From: Eledone cirrhosa
Taxonomy: Eukaryota
NCBI GenBank assembly: GCA_964016885.1
Contig: OZ024750.1
Coordinates: forward strand, 38,750,001 to 38,814,000
Reading direction: 5' to 3'
Length of the DNA stretch: 64,000 bases
Shown: in pieces, positions 28,935 through 41,700 of the stretch
Position numbering within the stretch: position 1 is the stretch's first letter
How the letters are laid out: each line of letters starts with the position of its first letter
Notes under the pieces: generated by a model
Seen by the model: the letters and a program-made list of their open reading frames with translations, nothing else
Told to the model about the DNA's origin: nothing
Databases searched by the model: none
Program-made: the position numbers and the translations under genes

Positions 28935-31900
28935 TCTAGTAGTGTAGGTAGAGGACAGTGACTAGTAATGTAGGTACAGGACAGTGACTAGTAATGTAGG
29001 TACAGGACAGTGTCTAGTAATGTAGGTACTTGACAGTGACTAGTAATGTAGGTACAGGACAGTGTCTAGTAATGTAGGTACTTGACAGTGACTAGTAATG
29101 TAGGTACAGGACAGTGTCTAGAATGTAGGTACAGGACAGTGTCTAGTAATGTAGGTACAGGACAGTGTCTAGTAGTGTAGGTAGAGGACAGTGACTAGTA
29201 ATGTAGGTACAGGACAGTGTCTAGTAGTGTAGGTACAGTACAGTGACTAGTAATGTAGGTACTTGACAGTGACTAGTAATGTAGGTACTTGACAGTGACT
29301 AGTAATGTAGGTACTTGACAGTGACTAGTAATGTAGGTACAGGACAGTGTCTAGTAATGTAGGTACTTGACAGTGACTAGTAATGTAGGTACAGGACAGT
29401 GTCTAGTAGTGTAGGTAGAGGACAGTGTCTAGTAATGTAGGTACAGGACAGTGTCTAGTAATGTAGGTACTGGACAGTGTCTAGTAGTGTAGGTACAGGA
29501 CAGTGTCTAGTAATGTAGGTACAGGACAGTGTCTAGTAATGTAGGTACTTGACAGTGACTAGTAATGTAGGTACAGGACAGTGTCTAGTAGTGTAGGTAC
29601 TGGACAGTGTCTAGTAGTGTAGGTACAGGACAGTGTCTAGTAATGTAGGTACTGGACAGTGTCTAGTAATGTAGGTACAGGACAGTGTCTAGTAATGTAG
29701 GTCCAGGATAGTGACTAGTAATGTAGGTACAGGACAGTGTCTAGTAATGTAGGTACTTGACAGTGACTAGTAATGTAGGTACTTGACAGTGACTAGTAGT
29801 GTAGGTACAGGACAGTGACTAGTAATGTAGGTACTTGACAGTGACTAGTAATGTAGGTACAGGACAGTGTCTAGTAGTGTAGGTACTGGACAGTGTCTAG
29901 TAGTGTAGGTACTGGACAGTGTCTAGTAATGTAGGTACAGGACAGTGACTAGTAATGTATGTACAGCACAGTGTCTAGTAGTGTAGGTTCAGGACAGTGT
30001 CTAGTAATGTAGGTACTGGACAGTGTCTAGTAATGTAGGTACTTGACAGTGACTAGTAATGTAGGTCCAGGATAGTGACTAGTAATGTAGGTACAGCACA
30101 GTGACTAGTAGTGTAGGTACTGGACAGTGTCTAGTAATGTAGGTACAGGACAGTGACTAGTAATGTAGGTACAGGACAGTGTCTAGTAATGTAGGTACTT
30201 GACAGTGACTAGTAGTGTAGGTACAGGACAGTGACTAGTAATGTAGGTACAGGACAGTGTCTAGTAGTGTAGGTACAGGACAGTGTATAGTAATGTAGGT
30301 ATAGGACAGTGTCTAGTAGTGTAGGTACAGGACAGTGTCTAGTAGTGTAGGTACAGGACAGTGTCTAGTAATGTAGGTACAGGACAGTGTCTTGTAATGT
30401 AGGTACAGGACAGTGTCTAGTAATGTAGGTACAGGACATTGTCTAGTAATGTAGGTATAGGACAGTGTCTAGTAGTGTAGGTACAGGACAGTGTCTAGTA
30501 ATGTAGGTACTGGACAGTGTTTAGTAGTGTAGGTACAGGACAGTGACTAGTAATGTAGGTACAGGACAGTGTATAGTAATGTAGGTACAGCACAGTGTCT
30601 AGTAATGTAGGTACAGGACAGTGACTAGTAATGTAGCTACTGGACAGTGTCTAGTAATGTAGGTACTGGACAGTGTCTAGTAGTGTAGGTACAGGACAGT
30701 GTCTAGTAATGTAGGTACTTCACAGTGACTAGTAATGTAGGTACAGGACAGTGTCTAGTAATGTAGGTACTGGACTGTGTCTAGTAGTGTAGGTACAGGA
30801 CAGTGACTAGCAATGTAGGGACTGGACAGTGACTAGTAATGTAGGTACAGGACAGTGACTAGTAATGTAGCTACTGGACAGTGTCTAGTAATGTAGGGAC
30901 TGGACAGTGACTAGTAATGTAGGTACAGCACAGTGTCTAGTAGTGTAGGTACAGGACAGTGACTAGTAATGTAGGTACAGGACAGTGTCTAGTAGTGTAG
31001 GTACAGGACAGTGACTAGTAATGTAGGTACTGGACAGTGTCTAGTAATGTAGGTACTGGACAGTGTCTAGTAGTGTAGGTACAGGATAATGTCTAGTAAT
31101 GTAGGTACTGGACAGTGTCTAGTAGTGTAGGTACAGGACAGTGTCTAGTAATGTAGCTACTGGACAGTGTCTAGTAATGTAGGTACTGGACAGTGTCTAG
31201 TAGTGTAGGTACAGGACAGTGTCTAGTAATGTAGGTACTGGACAGTGTCTAGTAGTGTAGGTACAGGACTGTGTCTAGTAATGTAGGTACAGGACAGTGT
31301 CTAGTAATGTAGGTACAGGACAGTGTCTAGTAATGTAGCTACTGGACAGTGTCTAGTAATGTAGGTACTGGAGAGTGTCTAGTAGTGTAGGTACAGGATA
31401 ATGTCTAGTAATGTAGGTACTGGACAGTGTCTAGTAGTGTAGGTACAGGACAGTGTCTAGTAATGTAGGTACTGGACAGTGTCTAGTAGTGTAGGTACAG
31501 GACTGTGTCTAGTAATGTAGGTACAGGACAGTGTCTAGTAATGTAGGTACTTGACAGTGACTAGTAATGTAGCTACTGGACAGTGTCTAGTAATGTAGGT
31601 ACTGGACAGTGTCTAGTAGTGTAGGTACAGGATAATGTCTAGTAATGTAGGTACTGGACAGTGTCTAGTAGTGTAGGTACAGGACAGTGTCTAGTAATGG
31701 AGCTACTGGACAGTGTCTAGTAATGTAGGTACTGGACAGTGACTAGTAATGTAGGTACAGGACAGTGTCTAGAATGTAGGTACAGGACAGTGTCTAGTAG
31801 TGTAGGTACAGGACTGTGTCTAGTAATGTAGGTACAGGACAGTGTCTAGTAATGTAGGTACAGGACAGTGTCTAGTAATGTAGCTACTGGACAGTGTCTA

Positions 31901-34900
31901 GTAATGTAGGTACTGGACAGTGTCTAGTAGTGTAGGTACAGGATAATGTCTAGTAATGTAGGTACTGGACAGTGTCTAGTAGTGTAGGTACAGGACAGTG
32001 TCTAGTAATGTAGGTACTGGACAGTGTCTAGTAGTGTAGGTACAGGACTGTGTCTAGTAATGTAGGTACAGGACAGTGTCTAGTAATGTAGGTACTTGAC
32101 AGTGACTAGTAATGTAGGTACAGGATAGTGTCTAGTAATGTAGGTACAGGACAGTGTCTAGTAGAGTAGGTACAGGACAGTGTCTAGTAATGTAGGTAAT
32201 GGACAGTGTCTAGTAGTGTAGGTACATGACAGTGTCTAGTAATGTAGGTACAGGACAGTGTCTAGTAATGTAGGTACTTGACAGTGACTAGTAATGTAGG
32301 TACAGTACAGTGTCTAGTAATGTAGGTACAGGACAGTGTCTAGTAATGTAGGTACAGGATAGTGTCTAGTAATGTAGGTACAGGACAGTGTCTAGTAATG
32401 TAGGTACTGGACAGTGTCTAGTAATGTAGGTACTGGACAGTGTCTAGTAGTGTAGGTACAGGACATTGTCTAGTAATGTAGGTACAGGACAGTGTCTAGT
32501 AATGTAGGTACTTGACAGTGACTAGTAATGTAGGTACAGGACAGTGTCTAGTAATGTAGGTACAGGACAGTGTCTAGTAATGTAGGTACAGAACATTGTC
32601 TAGTGTACTGGACAGTGTCTAGTAGTGTAGGTACTGGACAGTGTCTAGTAGTGTAGGTACAGGACAGTGTCTAGTAATGTAAGTACAGGACAGTGACTAG
32701 TAATGTAGTTACTGGACAGTGTCTAGTAGTGTAGGTACAGGACAGTGTCTAGTAATGTAGGTACAGGACAGTGTCTAGTAATGTAGGTACTGGACAGTGT
32801 ATAGTAATGTAGGTACAGGACAGTGTCTAGTAATGTAGGTACAGGACAGTGTCAAGTAATGTAGGTATAGGACAGTGTCTAGTAATGTGGGTACTGGACA
32901 GTGTCTAGTAATGTAGGTACAGGACAGTGTCTAGTAATGTAGGTACAGGACAGTGTCTAGTAATGTGGGTACTGGACAGTGTCTAGTAATGTAGGTACAG
33001 GACAGTGTCTAGTAATGTAGGTACAGGACAGTGTCTAGTGTACTGGACAGTGTATAGTAGTGTAGGTACTGGACAGTGTCTAGTAATGTAGGTACAGGAC
33101 AGTGACTAGTAATGTAGTTACTGGACAGTGTCTAGTAGTGTAGGTACAGGACAGTGTCTAGTAATTTAGGTACAGGACAGTGTCTAGTAATGTAGGTAAA
33201 GGACAGTGTCTAGTATTGTAGGTACTGGACAGTGTCTAGTAATGTTGGTACTGGACAGTGTCTAGTAATGTTGGTACTGGACAGTGTCTAGTAATGTAGG
33301 TACTGGACAGTGTCTAGTAATGTAGGTACCAGACAGTGTCTAGTAATGTAGGTACTGGACAGTGTCTAGTAATGTAGGTACTGGACAGTGTCTAGTAATG
33401 TAGGTACAGGACACTGTCTAGTAGTGTAGGTACAGGACAGTGTCTAGTAATGTAGGTACTGGACAGTGTCTAGTAGTGTAGGTACAGGACAGTGTCTAGT
33501 AATGTAGGTACAGGACAGTGTCTAGTAATGTAGGTACTTGACAGTGACTAGTAATGTAGGTACAGGACAGTGTCTAGTAATGTAGGTACTGGACAGTGTC
33601 TAGTAGTGTAGGTACAGGACAGTGTCTAGTAATGTAGGTACTGGACAGTGTTTAGTAGTGTAGGTACAGGACAGTGTCTAGTAATGTAGGTACAGGACAG
33701 TGTCTAGTAGTGTAGGTACAGGACAGTGTCTAGTAGTGTAGGTACAGGACAGTGTCTAGTAATGTAGGTACTGGACAGTGTCTAGTAATGTAGGTACAGG
33801 ACAATGACTAGTAATGTAGGTAAGGGATAGTGTTTAGTACTGTAGGTACAGGACAGTGGCTAGTAATGTAGGTACAGGACAGTGTCTAGTAATGTAGGTA
33901 CTTGACAGTGACTAGTAATGTAGGTACAGGACAGTGTCTAGTAGTGTAGGTACAGGACAGTGACTAGTAATGTAGGTACAGGACAGTGTCTAGTAGTGTA
34001 GGTACTGGACAGTGTCTAGTAATGTAGGTACAGGACAGTGTCTAGTAATGTAGGTACAGGACAGTGACTAGTAATGTAGGTACAGGACAGTGTCTAGTAA
34101 TGTAGGTACAGGACAGTGACTAGTAATGTAGGTACAGGACAGTGTCTAGTAATGTAGGTACTGGACAGTGTCTAGTAATGTAGGTACTGGACAGTGTCTA
34201 GTAGTGTAGGTACAGGACAGTGTCTAGTAATGTAGGTACAGGACAGTGTCTAGTAATGTAGGTACAGGACAGTGTCTAGTAATGTAGGTACAGGACAGTG
34301 TCTAGTAATGTAGGTACAGGACAGTGTCTAGTAGTGTAGGTACTGGACAGTGTCTAGTAGTGTAGGTACAGGAGAGTGTCTAGTAATGTAGGTACAGGAC
34401 AGTGACTAGTAATGTAGTTACTGGACAGTGTCTAGTAGTGTAGGTACAGGACAGTGTCTAGTAATATAGGTACAGGACAGTGTCTAGTAATGTAGGTACT
34501 GGACAGTGTCTAGTAGTGTAGGTACAGGACAGTGTCTAGTAATGTAGGTACTGGACAGTGTCTAGTAGTGTAGGTACAGGACAGTGTCTAGTAATGTAGG
34601 TACTTGACAGTGACTAGTAATGTAGGTACAGCACAGTGTCTAGTAGTGTAGGTACTGGACAGTGTCTAGTAATGTAGGTACAGGACAGTGTCTAGTAATG
34701 TAGGTACTTGACAGTGACTAGAAATGTAGGTACAGGACAGTGTCTAGTAATGTAGATACTGGACAGTGTCTAGTAGTGTAGGTACAGGACAGTGTCTAGT
34801 AATGTAGGTACTGGACAGTGTCTAGTAGTGTAGGTACAGGACAGTGACTAGTAATGTAGGTACAGGACAGTGTCTAGTAATGTAGGTACAGGACAGTGTC

Positions 34901-35719
34901 TAGTAATGTAGGTACAGGACAGTGTCTAGTAATGTAGGTACAGGACAGTGTCTAGTAATGTAGGTACTTGACAGTGTCTAGTAAAGTAGGTATAGGACAG
35001 TGTCTAGTAGTGTAGATACAGGACAGTGTCTAGTAGTGTAGGTACTGGACAGTGTCTAGTAATGTAGGTACAGGACAGTGTCTAGTAATGTAGGTACAGG
35101 ACAGTGACTAGTAATGTAGATACAGGACAGTGTCTAGTAATGTAGGTACTGGACAGTGTCTAGTAATGTAGATACTGGACAGTGTCTAGTAGTGTAGGTA
35201 CAGGACTGTGTCTAGTAATGTAGGTGCTGGACAGTGTCTAGTAGTGTAGGTACAGGACAGTGTCTAGTAATGTAGGTACTGGACAGTGTCTAGTAGTGTA
35301 GGTACAGGACAGTGTCTAGTAATGTAGGTACAGGACAGTGTCTAGTAATGTAGGTACTTGACAGTGACTAGTAATGTAGGTACAGGATAGTGTCTAGTAA
35401 TGTAGGTACAGGACAGTGTCTAGTAATGTAGGTACTTGACAGTGACTAGTAATGTAGGTACAGGACAGTGTCTAGTAATGTAGGTACTGGACAGTGTCTA
35501 GTAGTGTAGGTACAGGACAGTGTCTAGTAATGTAGGTACTGGACAGTGTCTAGTAGTGTAGGTACAGGACACTGTCTAGTAATGTAGGTACAGGACAGTG
35601 TCTAGTAATGTAGGTACTTGACAGTGACTAGTAATGTAGGTACAGGACAGTGTCTAGTAATGTAGGTACAGGACAGTGTCTAGTAATGTAGGTACAGGAC
35701 AGTGACTAGTAGAGTACGT

Positions 35720-38700
35720 ACAGGACAGTGACTAGTAGAGTACGTACAGGACAGTGTCTAGTAGTGTAGGTACAGGACAGTGTCTAGTAATGTAGGTACA
35801 GGACAGTGTCTAGTAGTGTAGGTACAGGACAGTGACTAGCAATGTAGGTACAGGACAGTGTCTAGTAATGTAGGTACTTGACAGTGACTAGTAATGTAGG
35901 TACAGGACAGTGTCTTGTAATGTAGGTACAGGACAGTGTCTAGTAATGTAGGTATAGGACAGTGTCTAGTAGTGTAGGTACAGGACAGTGTCTAGTAGTA
36001 TAGGTACTGGACAGTGTCTAGTAAAGTAGGTACAGGACAGAGTCTAGTAGTGTAGGTACAGGACAGTGACTAGTAATGTAGGTACAGGACATTGTCTAGT
36101 AATGTAGGTACTGGACAGTGTCTAGTAATGTAGGTACTGGACAGTGTCTAGTAGTGTAGGTACAGGACAGTGTCTAGTAATGTAGGTACTGGACAGTGTC
36201 TAGTAGTGTAGGTACAGGACAGTGTCTAGTAATGTAGGTACTGGACAGTGTCTAGTAATGTAGGTACAGGACAGTGTCTAGTAATGTAGGTACAGGACAG
36301 TGTCTAGTAGTGTGGGTACAGGACAGTGACTAGTAATATAGGTACAGGACAGTGTCTAGTAATGTAGGTACTTGACAGTGACTAGTAATGTAGGTACAGG
36401 ACAGTGTCTAGTAGTGTAGGTACAGGACAGTGTCTAGTAATGTAGGTACAGGACAGTGTCTAGTAGTGTAGGTACAGGACAGTGACTAGTAATGTAGGTA
36501 CAGGACAGTGTCTAGTAATGTAGGTACTTGACAGTGACTAGTAATGTAGGTACAGGACAGTGTCTAGTAATGTAGGTACTTGACAGTGACTAGTAATGTA
36601 GGTACTGGACAGTGTCTAGTAGTGTAGGTACAGGACAGTGTCTAGTAATGTAGGTATAGGACAGTGTCTAGTAGTGTAGGTACAGGACAGTGACTAGTAA
36701 TGTAGGTACAGGACAGTGTCTAGTAATGTAGGTACTTGACAGTGACTAGTAATGTAGGTACAGGACAGTGTCTAGTAATCTAGGTACTGGACAGTGTCTA
36801 GTAGTGTAGGTACAGGACAGTGTCTAGTAATGTAGGTACTGGACAGTGTCTAGTAGTGTAGGTACAAGACAGTGTCTAGTAATGTAGGTACAGGACAGTG
36901 TCTAGTAGTGTAGGTACAGGACAGTGTCTAGTAATGTAGGTACTGGACAGTGTCTAGTAATGTAGGTACAGGACAGTGACTAGTAATGTAGGTACAGGAT
37001 AGTGTCTAGTAATGTAGGTACAGGACAGTGACTAGTAATGTAGGTACAGGACAGTGTCTAGTAATGTAGGTACTTGACAGTGACTAGTAATGTAGGTACA
37101 GGACAGTGTCTAGTAATCTAGGTACTGGACAGTGTCTAGTAGTGTAGGTACAGGACAGTGTCTAGTAATGTAGGTACTGGACAGTGTCTAGTAGTGTAGG
37201 TACAGGACAGTGTCTAGTAATGTAGGTACAGGACAGTGTCTAGTAGTGTAGGTACAGGACAGTGTCTAGTAATGTAGGTACTGGACAGTGTCTAGTAATG
37301 TAGGTACAGGACAGTGACTAGTAATGTAGGTACAGGATAGTGTCTAGTAATGTAGGTACAGGACAGTGACTAGTAATGTAGGTACAGGACAGTGTCTAGT
37401 AATGTAGGTACTTGACAGTGACTAGTAATGTAGGTACAGGACAGTGTCTAGTAATATAGGTACTGGACAGTGTCTAGTAGTGTAGGTACAGGACAGTGTC
37501 TAGTAATGTAGGTACTGGACAGTGTCTAGTAATGTAGGTACAGGACAGTGTCTAGTAATGTAGGTACTGGACAGTGTCTAGTAATGTAGGTACTGGACAG
37601 TGTCTAGTAGTGTAGGTATGGACAGTGACTAGTAATGTAGGTACAGGACAGTGTCTAGTAATATAGGTACTGGACAGTGTCTAGTAGTGTAGGTACAGGA
37701 CAGTGACTAGTAATGTAGGTACTTGACAGTGACAAGTAATGTAGGTACAGGACAGTGTCTAGTAATGTAGGTATAGGACAGTGTCTAGTAATGTAGGTAT
37801 AGGACAGTGTCTAGTAATGTGGGTACTGGACAGTGTCTAGTAATGTAGGTACAGGACAGTGTCTAGTAATGTAAGTACAGGACAGTGTCTAGTAATGTAG
37901 GTACAGGACAGTGTCTAGTAATGTGGGTACTGGACAGTGTCTAGTAATGTAGGTACAGGACAGTGTCTAGTAATGTAGGTACAGGACAGTGTCTAGTGTA
38001 CTGGACAGTGTCTAGTAGTGTAGGTACTGGACAGTGTCTAGTAGTGTAGGTACAGGACAGTGTCTAGTAATGTAGGTACAGGACAGTGACTAGTAATGTA
38101 GTTACTGGACAGTGTCTAGTAGTGTAGGTACAGGACAGTGTCTAGTAATTTAGGTACAGGACAGTGTCTAGTAATGTAGGTACAGGACAGTGTCTAGTAT
38201 TGTAGGTACTGGACAGTGTCTAGTAATGTTGGTACTGGACAGTGTCTAGTAATGTTGGTACTGGACAGTGTCTAGTAATGTAGCTACTGGACAGTGTCTA
38301 GTAATGTAGGTACCAGACAGTGTCTAGTAATGTAGGTACTGGACAGTGTCTAGTAATGTAGGTACTGGACAGTGTCTAGTAATGTAGGTACAGGACACTG
38401 TCTAGTAGTGTAGGTACAGGACAGTGTCTAGTAATGTAGGTACTGGACAGTGTCTAGTAGTGTAGGTACAGGACAGTGTCTAGTAATGTAGGTACAGGAC
38501 AGTGTCTAGTAATGTAGGTACTTGACAGTGACTAGTAATGTAGGTACAGGACAGTGTCTAGTAATGTAGGTACTGGACAGTGTCTAGTAGTGTAGGTACA
38601 GGACAGTGTCTAGTAATGTAGGTACTGGACAGTGTTTAGTAGTGTAGGTACAAAACAGTGTCTAGTAATGTAGGTACAGGACAGTGACTAGTAATGTAGG

Positions 38701-41700
38701 TACAGGACAGTGTCTAGTAATGTAGGTACAGGACAGTGACTAGTAATGTAGGTACAGGACAGTGTCTAGTAATGTAGGTACTGGACAGTGTCTAGTAATG
38801 TAGGTACTGGACAGTGTCTAGTAGTGTAGGTACAGGACAGTGTCTAGTAATGTAGGTACAGGACAGTGTCTAGTAATGTAGGTACTTGACAGTGATTAGT
38901 AATGTAGGTACAGGATAGTGTCTAGTAATGTAGGTACTTGACAGTGACTAGTAATGTAGGTACAGGACAGTGTCTAGTAATGTAGGTACAGGACAGTGTC
39001 TAGTAATGTAGGTACAGGACACTGTCTAGTAGCGTAGGTACAGGACAGTGTATAGTAGTGTAGGTACAGGACAGTGTCTAGTAATATAGGTACAGGACAG
39101 TGTCTAGTAATGTAGGTACTGGACAGTGTCTAGTAGTGTAGGTACAGGAGAGTGTCTAGTAATGTAGGTACTGGACAGTGTCTAGTAGTGTAGGTACAGG
39201 ACAGTGTCTAGTAATGTAGGTACTTGACAGTGACTAGTAATGTAGGTATAGCACAGTGTCTAGTAGTGTAGGTACTGGACAGTGTCTAGTAATGTAGGTA
39301 CAGGACAGTGTCTAGTAATGTAGGTACTTGACAGTGACTAGAAATGTAGGTACAGGACAGTGTCTAGTAATGTAGATACTGGACAGTGTCTAGTAGTGTA
39401 GGTACAGGACAGTGTCTAGTAATGTAGGTACTGGACAGTGTCTAGTAGTGTAGGTACAGGACAGTGACTAGTAATGTAGGTACAGGACAGTGTCTAGTAA
39501 TGTAGGTACTTGACAGTGACTAGTAATGTAGGTACAGGACAGTGTCTAGTAATGTAGGTACAGGACAGTGTCTAGTAATGTAGGTACAGGACAGTGTCTA
39601 GTAATGTAGGTACTTGACAGTGTCTAGTAAAGTAGGTATAGGACAGTGTCTAGTAGTGTAGATACAGGACAGTGTCTAGTAGTGTAGGTACTGGACAGTG
39701 TCTAGTAATGTAGGTACAGGACAGTGTCTAGTAATGTAGGTACAGGACAGTGACTAGTAATGTAGATACAGGACAGTGTCTAGTAATGTAGGTACTGGAC
39801 AGTGTCTAGTAATGTAGATACTGGACAGTGTCTAGTAGTGTAGGTACAGGACTGTGTCTAGTAATGTAGGTGCTGGACAGTGTCTAGTAGTGTAGGTACA
39901 GGACAGTGTCTAGTAATGTAGGTACTGGACAGTGTCTAGTAGTGTAGGTACTTGACAGTGACTAGTAATGTAGGTACAGGATAGTGTCTAGTAATGTAGG
40001 TACAGGACAGTGTCTAGTAATGTAGGTACTTGACAGTGACTAGTAATGTAGGTACAGGACAGTGTCTAGTAATGTAGGTACAGGACAGTGACTAGTAATG
40101 TAGGTACAGGACAGTGTCTAGTAGTGTAGGTACTGGACAGTGTCTAGTAATGTAGGTACAGGACAGTGTCTAGTAATGTAGGTACAGGACAGTGACTAGT
40201 AATGTAGGTACAGGACAGTGTCTAGTAATGTAGGTACAGGACAGTGACTAGTAATGTAGGTACAGGACAGTGTCTAGTAATGTAGGTACTGGACAGTGTC
40301 TAGTAATGTAGGTACTGGACAGTGTCTAGTAGTGTAGGTACAGGACAGTGTCTAGTAATGTAGGTACAGGACAGTGTCTAGTAATGTAGGTACTTGACAG
40401 TGATTAGTAATGTAGGTACAGGATAGTGTCTAGTAATGTAGGTACTTGACAGTGACTAGTAATGTAGGTACAGGACAGTGTCTAGTAATGTAGGTACAGG
40501 ACAGTGTCTAGTAATGTAGGTACAGGACAGTGTCTAGTAATGTAGGTACAGGACACTGTCTAGTAGCGTAGGTACAGGACAGTGTATAGTAGTGTAGGTA
40601 CAGGACAGTGTCTAGTAATATAGGTACAGGACAGTGTCTAGTAATGTAGGTACTGGACAGTGTCTAGTAGTGTAGGTACAGGAGAGTGTCTAGTAATGTA
40701 GGTACTGGACAGTGTCTAGTAGTGTAGGTACAGGACAGTGTCTAGTAATGTAGGTACTTGACAGTGACTAGTAATGTAGGTACAGCACAGTGTCTAGTAG
40801 TGTAGGTACTGGACAGTGTCTAGTAATGTAGGTACAGGACAGTGTCTAGTAATGTAGGTACTTGACAGTGACTAGAAATGTAGGTACAGGACAGTGTCTA
40901 GTAATGTAGATACTGGACAGTGTCTAGTAGTGTAGGTACAGGACAGTGTCTAGTAATGTAGGTACTGGACAGTGTCTAGTAGTGTAGGTACAGGACAGTG
41001 ACTAGTAATGTAGGTACAGGACAGTGTCTAGTAATGTAGGTACTTGACAGTGACTAGTAATGTAGGTACAGGACAGTGTCTAGTAATGTAGGTACAGGAC
41101 AGTGTCTAGTAATGTAGGTACAGGACAGTGTCTAGTAATGTAGGTACTTGACAGTGTCTAGTAAAGTAGGTATAGGACAGTGTCTAGTAGTGTAGATACA
41201 GGACAGTGTCTAGTAGTGTAGGTACTGGACAGTGTCTAGTAATGTAGGTACAGGACAGTGTCTAGTAATGTAGGTACAGGACAGTGACTAGTAATGTAGA
41301 TACAGGACAGTGTCTAGTAATGTAGGTACTGGACAGTGTCTAGTAATGTAGATACTGGACAGTGTCTAGTAGTGTAGGTACAGGACTGTGTCTAGTAATA
41401 TAGGTGCTGGACAGTGTCTAGTAGTGTAGGTACAGGACAGTGTCTAGTAATGTAGGTACTGGACAGTGTCTAGTAGTGTAGGTACAGGACAGTGTCTAGT
41501 AATGTAGGTACAGGACAGTGTCTAGTAATGTAGGTACTTGACAGTGACTAGTAATGTAGGTACAGGATAGTGTCTAGTAATGTAGGTACAGGACAGTGTC
41601 TAGTAATGTAGGTACTTGACAGTGACTAGTAATGTAGGTACAGGACAGTGTCTAGTAATGTAGGTACTGGACAGTGTCTAGTAGTGTAGGTACAGGACAG

